Of a DNA stretch of 64,000 bases, positions 30,626 to 40,325 are shown piece by piece. Source of the DNA: Gemmatimonadales bacterium (GTDB taxonomy: Bacteria; Gemmatimonadota; Gemmatimonadetes; Gemmatimonadales; GWC2-71-9). The notes beneath the pieces were generated by a model, which was given only the letters and a program-made list of their open reading frames with translations, made no database searches and had not been told where the DNA came from. The stretch is from the NCBI GenBank assembly GCA_038321865.1, contig JBBQFH010000004.1, positions 1 to 64,000 on the forward strand, read 5' to 3'. How positions within the stretch are numbered: position 1 is the stretch's first letter; every line of letters starts with the position of its first letter. Both the position numbers and the translations under genes were made by a program.

Positions 30626-32254
30626 ATGAGCGGCACGCCGAACATTCCACGCCCGATCAACGAGCCGGTGCTCTCCTACGCCCCGGGGAGCCGCGAGCGG
30701 GACACGCTCAAGGCGGCCCTCAAGCTCATGAGCTCGGAGCAGGCGGAGATTCCGGTCGTCATCGGCGGCGAGGAGTTGCGCAGCGGGAGGCTGGTGGACG
30801 TTGTCTCCCCCCACGCGCACCGGCAGGTCCTGGCCCAGGTCCACCAGGCCGACGCCGGCGCGATCCGGGCCGCGGTCACCTCGGCCGTCGAGGCCCAGCG
30901 CGAATGGGCCAGCTGGCGATTCGAGGACCGCGCGGCCGTATTCCTCAAGGCCGCCGAGCTGCTGGCATCGTCGCACCGGGCGATCGTCAACGCGGCCACC
31001 ATGCTGGGCCAGAGCAAGACGGCGTTTCAGGCGGAAATCGACAGCGCGTGCGAGTTGATCGACTTCCTGCGCTTCAACGTGCATTTCGCCGAGCAGATCT
31101 ACCGCGAGCAACCGGCCTCGTCTCCGGGCATCTGGAACCGGATGGACCACCGCCCGCTCGAAGGGTTCGTGTACGCGATCACCCCGTTCAACTTTACCGC
31201 CATCGGCGGCAACCTGCCCACCGCGCCCGCGCTGATGGGCAACACGGTGGTGTGGAAGCCGGCGGCAACTGCCGCGCTGAGCAACTATCGCTTTTTCCAG
31301 CTGCTGCAGGAGGCGGGGCTTCCGCCGGGCGTGATCAATTTCCTCCCGGGCAGTGCCGTCGAGATCAGCAATGCGGTCCTCGCCGACCGTATGCTTGCCG
31401 GCATCCACTTCACCGGCTCGACGCCCGTGTTCCATTCCCTCTGGAAGACGATCGGCAACAACCTCGACGGCTACCATGGCTATCCCCGGCTGGTGGGAGA
31501 AACCGGCGGAAAGGATTTCGTCGTTGCCCACGCGAGCGCGGACGTCGATGCGCTGGCCGTGGCCCTCGTGCGTGGCGCATTCGAGTATCAGGGGCAGAAG
31601 TGCAGCGCCGCCTCACGAGCCTACATCCCGGATTCGCTTTGGCCCGCGGTGAAGCAGCGGATGACGGACATGATCGGCACCATCAGGATGGGTGACGTGG
31701 CCGATTTCCGGAACTTCATGGGCGCAGTGATCGACCAGCGCGCCTACGCCCGCATCAAGGGATACCTGGATCAGGCCCGGATGGATTCGGGCGTGACGTT
31801 CGTGGCCGGCGGCGGCACCGACGATTCCGTCGGCTGGTTCGTCGAGCCGACCCTCCTCCAGGTGGAGGATCCGCGGTATCGGCTCATGTGCGAAGAAGTG
31901 TTCGGGCCGGTCCTGACGGTGTACGTCTATCCTGAGCGCCGGTGGGCGGAGACGCTGACGCTGGTCGACGAGACCAGTCCGTACGCATTGACCGGCGCGG
32001 TGTTCGCCCAGGATCGCGGGGCGCTGCTCGAGGCGGATCGCGCGCTGCGTCACGCGGCCGGCAACTACTACATCAACGACAAGCCGACCGGTGCGGTCGT
32101 GGGGCAGCAGCCGTTCGGCGGCGCGCGCGCCAGCGGCACCAACGACAAGGCGGGGTCGATCCTGAACCTGCTGCGCTGGGTGTCGCCGCGGAGCATCAAG
32201 GAAACGCTCGCTCCGGCGATGGACTATCGCTACCCGTTCATGGACGGGGAGTAG
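30626..32254 (+). CDS. pruA: L-glutamate gamma-semialdehyde (P5C) dehydrogenase
   Basis: NEPVLSYAPGS, EIDSACELIDF, TPFNFTAI, GETGGKDF, FEYQGQKCSA, INDKPTGAVVGQQPFGG. Confidence 0.95.
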   Translation: MSGTPNIPRPINEPVLSYAPGSRERDTLKAALKLMSSEQAEIPVVIGGEELRSGRLVDVVSPHAHRQVLAQVHQADAGAIRAAVTSAVEAQREWASWRFEDRAAVFLKAAELLASSHRAIVNAATMLGQSKTAFQAEIDSACELIDFLRFNVHFAEQIYREQPASSPGIWNRMDHRPLEGFVYAITPFNFTAIGGNLPTAPALMGNTVVWKPAATAALSNYRFFQLLQEAGLPPGVINFLPGSAVEISNAVLADRMLAGIHFTGSTPVFHSLWKTIGNNLDGYHGYPRLVGETGGKDFVVAHASADVDALAVALVRGAFEYQGQKCSAASRAYIPDSLWPAVKQRMTDMIGTIRMGDVADFRNFMGAVIDQRAYARIKGYLDQARMDSGVTFVAGGGTDDSVGWFVEPTLLQVEDPRYRLMCEEVFGPVLTVYVYPERRWAETLTLVDETSPYALTGAVFAQDRGALLEADRALRHAAGNYYINDKPTGAVVGQQPFGGARASGTNDKAGSILNLLRWVSPRSIKETLAPAMDYRYPFMDGE

Positions 32255-32271
32255 CGACGGAGCGGGGGGCC

Positions 32272-33075
32272 ATGCTGAGACAGGGGGCGCTGGCCCTGGC
32301 GCTTGGTTCGCTCGGGTTCGGCAGGGCGGCAGCGCAGTCCGTCCCGGCCTACGACGCCAGCCGCCTCGCGTGCGTCCGGTTCACCGAACGGGTCGAGAGC
32401 GAGATTCATGGCGAATCGGGTGGCCGTCCTCGCGACGACAGGGGGGCGCGGTTCGCGCGGTGGTCGGTCCGCGGTGCCGCCGCCGGTGACTCGGGGACCC
32501 GCATCGAAGCCTGGTTCGACTCGTTGTCGCTCTCGCGCACGACCGGCGACGACGTGCGCTCACCGGATACCGACGGGATCGTGGGCGGGCGCTACCGCGG
32601 AGTGCTCACTGCTGCCGGACTGTTCACCGCCCTGGCCACTCCATTTGTGCCGCCCGAGGTCGCTGAATTCGCCGATCTCCGCAACGCCTTCGCCGATCTC
32701 CTTCCCCTGCTGCCGCCGCGCGCCTTGCGGCCGGGGGAGAGCTGGCGGGCGGGTGACATCGAGATCGAGCGTCTGGGAGACAGCGTCGGTGCCGGCGGTG
32801 CGCTTCTGCGCTTTCGGCTTGAGCGCCGGGCCACCCGTCGGGACACGACCCTCACCGCGCCGGGTGACACGGTCGCGATTGCAGTGCGACAGTCCATCAG
32901 CGAAACCGGAGAATTCACCTGGGATCCGGTGAAAGGACTCGTCCGGCGGTTTCGCCGGGTGACGGTCGAGACGGATGTGCCGGCGGGCAAGGGCCTCCGC
33001 TACCCGGTCCGGTCCCGCATCGTTCAGCGCATCACGCTCGAGCGGGAGCCCGACGCGGCCGCCGGCTGTTCGTAG
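32272..33075 (+). CDS. Secreted hypothetical protein
   Basis: Signal peptide ending AAA-Q; beta-rich; start set at ATG 32272. Confidence 0.7.
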   Translation: MLRQGALALALGSLGFGRAAAQSVPAYDASRLACVRFTERVESEIHGESGGRPRDDRGARFARWSVRGAAAGDSGTRIEAWFDSLSLSRTTGDDVRSPDTDGIVGGRYRGVLTAAGLFTALATPFVPPEVAEFADLRNAFADLLPLLPPRALRPGESWRAGDIEIERLGDSVGAGGALLRFRLERRATRRDTTLTAPGDTVAIAVRQSISETGEFTWDPVKGLVRRFRRVTVETDVPAGKGLRYPVRSRIVQRITLEREPDAAAGCS

Positions 33076-34139
33076 CCGCGGTACCGGTACGCGGGCACCT
33101 CGGCGTCCTCGGCGAGGGCGGCATCGACGAGCGGGCGATCGGGGGCAAGCGCGCAAACCGGGTCGGTGCTGGACGCATCACCCGTCATGGTGAACGCCTG
33201 GCATCGGCAGCCGCCGAAGTCCACCGCCTTCCGCGCGCAGTCACGGCATGGCGGCCGCATCCAATCCTCCCCCCGATAGGCCCGGAACGCTGCCGCCTCG
33301 CGCCAGATCCACTCCAGCGAACGGGCGCGCACGTTGTCGAATTGCATCGTATCGATCGCCGTGGCTCCGTGGCACGGCAGTGCCGTTCCGTCAGGCGCAA
33401 CCACGATGTAGGAGCGCCCCCACCCGCCGTAACACGGCTTCGGGAAGATGCCGAAGTAATCCGGCAGCACGTAGGTGATCCGGATCCTGCCGCGATGCCG
33501 CGCCATGGCGTCCCGCACCACCGGCTCGGCCGCCAGCACCTGCGCGCGCGTCGGCATCAGCGCCGCGCGGTTGCGCAACCCCCAGCCGTAGTACTGAGTA
33601 TTGGCGAGCTCCAGGCGGTCGGCGCCGAGCTCGAGTGCCAGCTCGATGATCCCGCCGACCCGATCCAGGTTCCCACGGTGCAGCACCACGTTCAGTGACA
33701 GGGCGAACCCAAGCTCCCGCGCCAGTGCCGCCGCCGCGCGTTTCTGGCGCACCGAGCTTACGCCGGCGATGCGCTCGGCGTTCTCCGTATCCACATCCTG
33801 CACCGATATCTGGACGTGCTCGAGGCCGGACGCCCGGAGCTTTTCCGCCCGGGAGCGGGTGAAACCGAGGCCGGACGTGACCAGCGTGGTATAGAAGCCA
33901 AGTCCGCGGGCGTGCGTGGCGATGGCCTCGAGGTCGTGCCGCACCAGCGGCTCTCCGCCGGAGAGCCCCAGCTGCAGCACACCGAGCGCACGCGCTTCCG
34001 TGAGCACCCGAAGCCAGTCCTCGGTGCCCAGCTCCCGCTCCGCCCGGATGAGGTCGAGCGGGTTGGAGCAGTAGGGACAGTGCAGTGGACAGCGGTGGGT
34101 CAGCTCCGCCAGCAGTGTCGTCGGGAGCTTAGCGGACAT
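33024..34139 (-). CDS. pqqE: PqqA peptide cyclase, radical SAM/SPASM
   Basis: LLAELTHRCPLHCPYCSNP, SGGEP, LELANTQYYGW, PKPCYGGWG, DFGGCRCQA. Confidence 0.96.
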   Translation of the reverse strand: MSAKLPTTLLAELTHRCPLHCPYCSNPLDLIRAERELGTEDWLRVLTEARALGVLQLGLSGGEPLVRHDLEAIATHARGLGFYTTLVTSGLGFTRSRAEKLRASGLEHVQISVQDVDTENAERIAGVSSVRQKRAAAALARELGFALSLNVVLHRGNLDRVGGIIELALELGADRLELANTQYYGWGLRNRAALMPTRAQVLAAEPVVRDAMARHRGRIRITYVLPDYFGIFPKPCYGGWGRSYIVVAPDGTALPCHGATAIDTMQFDNVRARSLEWIWREAAAFRAYRGEDWMRPPCRDCARKAVDFGGCRCQAFTMTGDASSTDPVCALAPDRPLVDAALAEDAEVPAYRYRGYEQPAAASGSRSSVMR

Positions 34140-34404
34140 CGATGAGCTCCCGCTCGGCCAGGCCGCCGAGATACGACGCGACGTCGGACCCGACGTCGGT
34201 TTCGTATCGGGCGCCGAGGATTCCGCTGATCTCGCCCAGCGTACGCTGCCCGTCGCACAATTCGAGGATGGCGGCACCGGTCTCGTTCAGAAACACCACG
34301 CCTTCCGGGTAGAGGAGGACGGGCCGGCCGCGAACCGCGTCGAAGTCCAGACGGGCGAGCCGCCAGAGCGAGGGCACGGCGCCGGCGTGTAGCGGCTCAG
34401 GCAT
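34129..34404 (-). CDS. pqqD: PqqD peptide chaperone (RRE)
   Basis: VLLYPEG..LNETGAAILELCDG; operon position. Confidence 0.95.
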   Translation of the reverse strand: MPEPLHAGAVPSLWRLARLDFDAVRGRPVLLYPEGVVFLNETGAAILELCDGQRTLGEISGILGARYETDVGSDVASYLGGLAERELIDVR

Positions 34405-35134
34405 CGCGGTACGCGTGGTGGATCGTGTCGATCATGGCCCAGAGCATTTCGAGCTTGAACCGCAGGGCGTCGAACGCACGTCGCTGCAGCTCGACGGTGG
34501 TGCAGCGGGCCTGCACCAGCAGCAAGCCATGTTGGCTGTCGCGCGGGGCCTGGTCGAGGCGGGCCCGGAAGTATTCCAGCCCCGCACGGTCCACCCACGG
34601 GTAGTGCTCGACGAACGCGGCAATCCGCTGGCGCATGAGGCCGGGGGCGAAGAGCTCGGTGAGCGACGCGGCGACGGCGTCGATCCACGGCCGGGTCCGG
34701 CAGAAGGTCACGTATGATTCGGCGGCCAGCCGGACCCCTGGCAGCACGTGGCGCTCGTCCTCCATCTCCGGACGCGGCACGCCGAGCGCGACCCCGAGAC
34801 GGATCCACATCTCGATCCCGCCGCTGCCGGGGGTGGCGCCGTCGTGATCCACGATGCGCTGCAGCCACTCGCGTCGGACATCGGGGTCCGGGCAATTCGA
34901 GAGAATCGCGGCGTCCTTCCGCGGTATCGCGCGCTGGTAGGCAAGCCGGTTGGCGACCCAGCCCTGGAGCTGGCGCCGCGTGAGCCGGCCCTCATGCATG
35001 AGCTGGTGGAATGGGTGATGTGCGTAGTACGCGGTGCCAAACGCCCGCAGCGCGTCGGCGAGCGCGTCCGGGGCAAGTGGCCGATCGAGCACGGGTATGG
35101 GCGGTGGGGGTGGCGCCGCGAGGCCGGAGTTCAC
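34397..35134 (-). CDS. pqqC: Pyrroloquinoline-quinone synthase
   Basis: HHPFH, WVANR..YQ..IPRKDAAILSNCPD, RIVDHDG, SLTELFAP, HYPW. Confidence 0.96.
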   Translation of the reverse strand: MNSGLAAPPPPPIPVLDRPLAPDALADALRAFGTAYYAHHPFHQLMHEGRLTRRQLQGWVANRLAYQRAIPRKDAAILSNCPDPDVRREWLQRIVDHDGATPGSGGIEMWIRLGVALGVPRPEMEDERHVLPGVRLAAESYVTFCRTRPWIDAVAASLTELFAPGLMRQRIAAFVEHYPWVDRAGLEYFRARLDQAPRDSQHGLLLVQARCTTVELQRRAFDALRFKLEMLWAMIDTIHHAYRDA

Positions 35135-36033
35135 GTTCGAAGCTCCATCCCGTCGTATCCGATGGTGATCCCGGCCGCCTCAACGAGCGCCCGCTCCGAC
35201 GAGTGTTCGATCAGCACGGGATTGGTGTTGTTCAGATGGACGTACACGACTCTGCCGGGCAGTGACGCGAGCGGGCGAAGACTGCCCTCGTCACCGCTGA
35301 TCGGAAGATGTCCCATGGCACGCGCAGTTCTCGTGCCCACTCCGAGCGCGATCAGTTCGTCATCCTGCCAGAAGGTGCCGTCGAAGAGCACCACGGCCGC
35401 CTCACTCAGGCGGCCCATGAGCTGCTCATCGAGCGCGCCGCAACCAGGCAGGTACGCGCAGGATGTCCCCGCGCCGTCGCGGATCAGCACGCCGATACAC
35501 TGGCCGGGACCCGCCTCGCCCGCGAACCTCGGCGCGTGTCCCGCGACGGTGAACGCCTCCACCGTCAGCCCCGATTCCCCGCCATCACGGTCGGCCAGCG
35601 GTATGGCCACGCCAGGTTGCAGCCTGGTTACCCGCACGTCCGCGAACGCGCGGGTCAGCGGCAGCAGGCGTGAGGCACGCTCCAGAATATGCTCGATCTC
35701 GCTCGTGGCGTAGAGCTGGAGATGCCGGGCTTCCCGGAGGAGCGGGAGGCCAAGGGTGTGGTCCAGTTCGCCGTCGGTCAGTACGATCCCCTCGAACGGC
35801 ACGTGGCGCGTCACGCCCGGTTGATCGAGCGGGATCGCCGCCAGCTGTCTGCGGACGTCGGGGGAGGCGTTCAGCAGGAACCAGCGCACGCCATCGGAGC
35901 TGACCGCCACGGACGACTGGCTTCGGGGATGCGCCGTCGCGGGATCGCGACGGGACGAGACGCAGGGCGGACACCGGCAGTTCCATTGGGGGAAACCCCC
36001 GCCGGCCGCGGTTCCGAGCAGAATCAGCTTCAT
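35131..36033 (-). CDS. pqqB: PQQ biosynthesis protein PqqB
   Basis: LGTAAGGGFPQWNCRCPPC, LNASPD, DGTFW, MGH, HLNNTNP. Confidence 0.96.
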   Translation of the reverse strand: MKLILLGTAAGGGFPQWNCRCPPCVSSRRDPATAHPRSQSSVAVSSDGVRWFLLNASPDVRRQLAAIPLDQPGVTRHVPFEGIVLTDGELDHTLGLPLLREARHLQLYATSEIEHILERASRLLPLTRAFADVRVTRLQPGVAIPLADRDGGESGLTVEAFTVAGHAPRFAGEAGPGQCIGVLIRDGAGTSCAYLPGCGALDEQLMGRLSEAAVVLFDGTFWQDDELIALGVGTRTARAMGHLPISGDEGSLRPLASLPGRVVYVHLNNTNPVLIEHSSERALVEAAGITIGYDGMELRT

Positions 36034-36044
36034 GAAACGACGTA

Positions 36045-36066
36045 GGGCTCGCCGGATGGCGAGCCC
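36045..36066 (-). terminator. Stem-loop between pqqA and pqqB (attenuator or mRNA stabiliser)
   Basis: GGGCTCGCC-GGAT-GGCGAGCCC; no strong U tract. Confidence 0.65.
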
Positions 36067-36075
36067 CAGTTCGAT

Positions 36076-36150
36076 CTACAGAGTTGCGACGTATGCAGTG
36101 ACTTCCAGCGTCACCGCAACGATCTCCGCCTGCGGCTTGGTCCAGCGCAT
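36076..36150 (-). CDS. pqqA: PQQ precursor peptide, 24 aa: MRWTKPQAEIVAVTLEVTAYVATL
   Basis: Manual translation; W-x-K-P leader and EVTAY (ExxxY) core; directly upstream of pqqB. Confidence 0.93.
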   Translation of the reverse strand: MRWTKPQAEIVAVTLEVTAYVATL

Positions 36151-36198
36151 CGCTTCACCCTTGGCAAGAGTACGCAGCGCCACTCGCACTGCTTTCGC

Positions 36199-36227
36199 AG
36201 TATAAAAGTCGCGACGGAGCGCCGCAA
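36199..36227 (-). promoter_or_regulatory. Sigma70-type promoter of the pqq operon
   Basis: Minus strand TTGCGG-N17-TATACT. Confidence 0.55.
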
Positions 36228-36237
36228 CCCGACGGTG

Positions 36238-37827
36238 CTAGTGCGCCATCCCGGCGCCGCCGAGGGGGCGGCCCTTCCGGAACATGAGCAGCAGCGGCAG
36301 GCCGCACACGAAGGTGACCCCCATCACCAGGAACACCTTCTCGAAGGCCACGACCGATGCCTGGCGCTGCACCGTCGCGTTCAGCAGGGCGTAGGCCTTG
36401 AGCTGCGCCGCTTCCAGCGAGCCGCCCTGGCGCATCAGGCCCCGGGTGACGTTGTCGAGCCAGAGCCGCGCCGCCGGGTCGGACGCCGTGACGTGCGGGA
36501 TGAGCGCTTCGCGCGCGGTGACCGTGAACCGGCTGAGCAGGGTCGCGGCGACGGCGATGCCGAAGCTGCCGCCCAGCTGGCGCGACAGATTGAAGAGGCC
36601 GGTGCCCTGCGCCAGCTGCGATGGGCGGAGATCGGCCACCGCCACCTGGGTCAGTGGAACGAAGATGCAGCCGAGCCCCACGCCGCGGAGAATCATCGGC
36701 CAGAGCAGATCGTGCATCCCGATGTCCAGCGTAAAGTGATAGTGCAGCCACATGGACCAGGCGAACAGCGCCACGCCCAGCGTGATGAGATAGCGGGCAT
36801 CGAACCGGCCGCTCAGCCGGCCCATCGCGGCCATCGTGACCGCGCTGGCGATGGCGCCCGGCAGGATCACCTTGCCGGTGTCCCAGGCGGTGTAGCCCAG
36901 GAGGTTCTGCAGGAAGACCGGCAGTGCGAACACGCTGGCGTACAGCGCGAAGCCGAGCATGAGCCCGAAAATCACGCCGCCGGCGAGCTGCCGGTTACCC
37001 AGGATCCTGAGATCCACGATCGGGTGCTCGGTGGTGAGTTCATGCCAGATGAAGCCGACGATGGCGATGGTGGCGATCACCGTCTCAGTGGTGATCTCGC
37101 GCGAATCGAACCAGCCCCGGGCCTCGCCCCGTTCCAGCAGGATCTGCAGCGTGCCGATCCCGATGATCAGGAGCGCGAGCCCGAGCCAATCGATGCCGCT
37201 GGACCTTTCGTTGGCCTGGGCCGGCTCCGGTACGTACCTCCAGGTCAGGAGTGCCGCGAGCGCGCCGAGCGGAATGTTGATGTAGAAGATCCACGGCCAG
37301 GAATAGTTGTCGGTAATCCAGCCGCCGAGGGTCGGTCCCAGCGTCGGACCAACCATGACGCCCATGCCGAAGATGGCCATCGCCTTGCCGCGCTCGTGCA
37401 GCGGAAAGACGTCGAACAGGATGGCCTGCGCCGTCGAAATCAGTGCGCCGCCACCGATGCCCTGGACCACCCGCGAGCCGACGAGCGCACCGAGGGTGTG
37501 GGCGTTGCCGCAGAAGAACGACGCAACCGTGAAGAGCACGATCGAGCCGGTGTAGTAATTGCGCCGGCCGAAGCGGTCGGAGAGCCAGCTGGTTAGCGGC
37601 AGGATGATGACATTGGCCACGATGTAGCCGGTACTCACCCACGCGATCTCGTCGAGCGTCGCGCCGAGGTTCCCCATCATGTGCGGGATGGCGACGTTCA
37701 CGATGCTCGTATCCACCAGCTCGAGCACGCTGGCCATCGTCACCGCGAAGGCGATCAGATAGCGGTACCGATGGACGTCGGCGCGGCTGAGCTGCGGCCG
37801 CACCTGCGGCAACGCGATAGCGGTCAC
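36238..37827 (-). CDS. DHA2 family MFS efflux permease (EmrB/QacA)
   Basis: DTSIVNVAIP, WVSTGY, GPTLGPTLGGWITDNYSWPWIFYINIP; 14-TM pattern. Confidence 0.95.
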   Translation of the reverse strand: MTAIALPQVRPQLSRADVHRYRYLIAFAVTMASVLELVDTSIVNVAIPHMMGNLGATLDEIAWVSTGYIVANVIILPLTSWLSDRFGRRNYYTGSIVLFTVASFFCGNAHTLGALVGSRVVQGIGGGALISTAQAILFDVFPLHERGKAMAIFGMGVMVGPTLGPTLGGWITDNYSWPWIFYINIPLGALAALLTWRYVPEPAQANERSSGIDWLGLALLIIGIGTLQILLERGEARGWFDSREITTETVIATIAIVGFIWHELTTEHPIVDLRILGNRQLAGGVIFGLMLGFALYASVFALPVFLQNLLGYTAWDTGKVILPGAIASAVTMAAMGRLSGRFDARYLITLGVALFAWSMWLHYHFTLDIGMHDLLWPMILRGVGLGCIFVPLTQVAVADLRPSQLAQGTGLFNLSRQLGGSFGIAVAATLLSRFTVTAREALIPHVTASDPAARLWLDNVTRGLMRQGGSLEAAQLKAYALLNATVQRQASVVAFEKVFLVMGVTFVCGLPLLLMFRKGRPLGGAGMAH

Positions 37828-37834
37828 GCCCGGC

Positions 37835-38950
37835 TCACTTCACCGCGATCGTCGCTTCGACCGACATTCCGGGCCGCAGCGGATGGGCCGGGTCCTGATT
37901 GCCGTCGACCCCGATGCGCACCGGAATCCGCTGGACGACCTTGGTGAAGTTGCCGGTCGCGTTGTCCGGCGGCAGCAGGGCAAAGCGCGCGCCCGTCGCC
38001 GGCGACACGCTCTCGACCCTGCCGTGGAACTTGATGCCGGTGTACGCATCCACCGTGAACTCGACCGCATCGCCGGGCCGCACCCGGGCCAGCTCGGTTT
38101 CCTTCAGGTTCGCCGTCACCCACACGTCTCTCGTCGGCACCACCGACATCAGGGCCTGCCCAACCTGGACCAGCTCGCCCGGCTCGACCTTCCGCCGGGC
38201 GATGATGCCGTCAGCCGGCGCCGTGATGACGGTATATCCGAGCTGGATCCGCGCATTGTCCACCGCCGTCTGCGCCGCCTGAAGCCGGGCTTCAGCCGAG
38301 CGGAGGCCGGCTGCCGCCACCGCCACATTGCTTCCGCTGGCCGAGGCCTGCCGGCGGACCGCCTCCAGGTTGGCGCGCGCCGCGTCGGCGGCCGCCTGAG
38401 CCGCATCGAGCTGCTGGGCCGCGATGATCTGCTTCGCGGCCAGTCCGCGGTAGCGTTCGAGATCCGCCGTGGCCTTGCGATACGCCGCCTCGGCCGCGCC
38501 GACCGACGCGTTCGCACCCGATGCGGTGGCCCGATTGGCCTGCACCTGCGCCTCCGCCATGCCGGCGGTGCGGCCGGTGCCGGCCGACGCCTGGGCATTG
38601 GCCAGGTCGGCCTGCGCCTGCGCGAGCTTCACCAGGAGGTCGCGGTCGTCGAGGACGACCAGCGTGTCGCCCGGCTTCACGTGCTGGTTGTCTTCGACGA
38701 GTACCCGGCTCACGAACGCCTGCACCTTCGGCGCGATGGGCGTGATGTGCCCATCCACCTGCGCGTTATCGCTCGTGACGTGATTCCGGCCGTGCAGATA
38801 CTTGTTGCCGCCCCAGAGTGCCGCGAGTAGCGCCAGCGCCCCGGCGATCATCAGCGGGCTGATCCGCCGCTTCGGCGCGGCCGCCTCGGCCGGGGCCGGG
38901 GCGATGCCTCGGGGCGCGGTCGCCGGCGTGTCGTGCAGTTCAGTCGCCAT
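37835..38950 (-). CDS. HlyD/EmrA membrane fusion protein
   Basis: DNAQVDG, ANLKET, LLPPDNATGNFTKVVQRIPVRI. Confidence 0.95.
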   Translation of the reverse strand: MATELHDTPATAPRGIAPAPAEAAAPKRRISPLMIAGALALLAALWGGNKYLHGRNHVTSDNAQVDGHITPIAPKVQAFVSRVLVEDNQHVKPGDTLVVLDDRDLLVKLAQAQADLANAQASAGTGRTAGMAEAQVQANRATASGANASVGAAEAAYRKATADLERYRGLAAKQIIAAQQLDAAQAAADAARANLEAVRRQASASGSNVAVAAAGLRSAEARLQAAQTAVDNARIQLGYTVITAPADGIIARRKVEPGELVQVGQALMSVVPTRDVWVTANLKETELARVRPGDAVEFTVDAYTGIKFHGRVESVSPATGARFALLPPDNATGNFTKVVQRIPVRIGVDGNQDPAHPLRPGMSVEATIAVK

Positions 38951-39009
38951 CGTCTTCAGATTCCTCGGTCCGTGGGGTTCAGTCGCTGGTTCGTCATCGT
39001 CAGTTGCCG

Positions 39010-40320
39010 CTAGCGCATGTCGGAGAGGACGCCCAGCGCGCGATAGGTCGCGACGCGCGCCGTGCCGTAAGCGACGTGGGCCTGAATCAGGGCGTCGCGC
39101 GCCGAGATCACCGACGTCTGCGCATTGGTGGTCTCCACCGTGCCGGCCACGCCGGCCTTGAAGCGCTCCCGCGCCTGCGAAAGCTCCTGCTCGGCCAGCC
39201 GCAGCCGGGTGCCGGCCAGCTCGACCTGCTGGCGGGCGGATGCGAGGTCGAGAATCGCCTGGCGCGCGTCGGTCTCGACCGCGTTACCGAGATCGCGCTC
39301 GCGGAGCGTCTGTGCCTGCAGCCGGTACTTCTGCTCCGCCGCACGGCTCTGCCGACGGAAGCCATCGAGAATCGGCACGTGCACACCAAGCTGGATCAGG
39401 TAGCTGCCGGCGAGCGTGCTCAGCTTGTTGCCGGTCTGTTCGTAATACCCGCTCACGGCCACGCTGGGGAGCGCCTCGAGCCTGATCGCGCGCAGCGTCC
39501 GCTCTGCCGCGCCGGTGCGTGCGTGCTCGGCCGCGAGCTCCGGCCGGTGCGACCGGGCGAACGCGACGGCCGCCGCGGGATCGGTCGGGAGATTTACTTC
39601 GCCGCCCACCAGCGAGTCGGCGAGCTGGATGGGAGCGTCGGCCGGCGCATCCAGCGCGCGCAGCAGATCGAGCCGGGCGCGCTCGCGGGCGTTGCGGGCC
39701 ACCTCGAGCTGGGCGCGCACGGCGGCGAAGCTGACCTCGCTGCGGGTGGCGTCGATCGCGGGACTCACGCCGGCCGAGACCAGCTGCCGCGCCTGTTCGA
39801 GCAGGCTGGCGGCCACCGCGCTGTCGGCGGTGCGGGCCGCAACCGTCTCGTCGGCGCTCAGGACGCGGAGGTAGACGAGGCCCGCGATCGCGCCGGCGGT
39901 TTCGCCGACGGCGCGAGAGTCGAGCGTGGCCGCGGTTGCCGTATCGCGCCCGGCCCGGAGACGGCTGAGCGCGGCGGCATCGAAGAGCGTCTGGGATCCG
40001 CGGAGCTGGAAGGCGAAGAGGGTGAACGGGTCCGTGACGCCGGTGACGCCGGGAAAGCCGAACTCGTCGAGGTTGATCGTCCGCCGGCTCACGTCCGCCG
40101 ATCCGGCGATCGTCGGAAGGAGATCGGCGCGGCGCTGGTTTGCCCGGGCGTTTGCCACCCGGACGTTCAGCTCGGCCAGGGCCGCCGTCACGCCGCGCTG
40201 GCGCCCGAGCCGGATGGCATCGAGCAGGGTGAGCCGGGCCGGAATCTGCTCCACCGTGTCCGGCGTCTGCGCCGCGAGCGGAGACGCCAGCACCATGAGC
40301 AGCACGAACGCATGACGCAT
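39010..40320 (-). CDS. TolC family outer membrane efflux protein
   Basis: Signal peptide MRHAFVLL..LAAQ; two OEP repeats (LLPTI, PILDGFR, RFKAGV). Confidence 0.9.
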   Translation of the reverse strand: MRHAFVLLMVLASPLAAQTPDTVEQIPARLTLLDAIRLGRQRGVTAALAELNVRVANARANQRRADLLPTIAGSADVSRRTINLDEFGFPGVTGVTDPFTLFAFQLRGSQTLFDAAALSRLRAGRDTATAATLDSRAVGETAGAIAGLVYLRVLSADETVAARTADSAVAASLLEQARQLVSAGVSPAIDATRSEVSFAAVRAQLEVARNARERARLDLLRALDAPADAPIQLADSLVGGEVNLPTDPAAAVAFARSHRPELAAEHARTGAAERTLRAIRLEALPSVAVSGYYEQTGNKLSTLAGSYLIQLGVHVPILDGFRRQSRAAEQKYRLQAQTLRERDLGNAVETDARQAILDLASARQQVELAGTRLRLAEQELSQARERFKAGVAGTVETTNAQTSVISARDALIQAHVAYGTARVATYRALGVLSDMR

Positions 40321-40325
40321 CGAAA

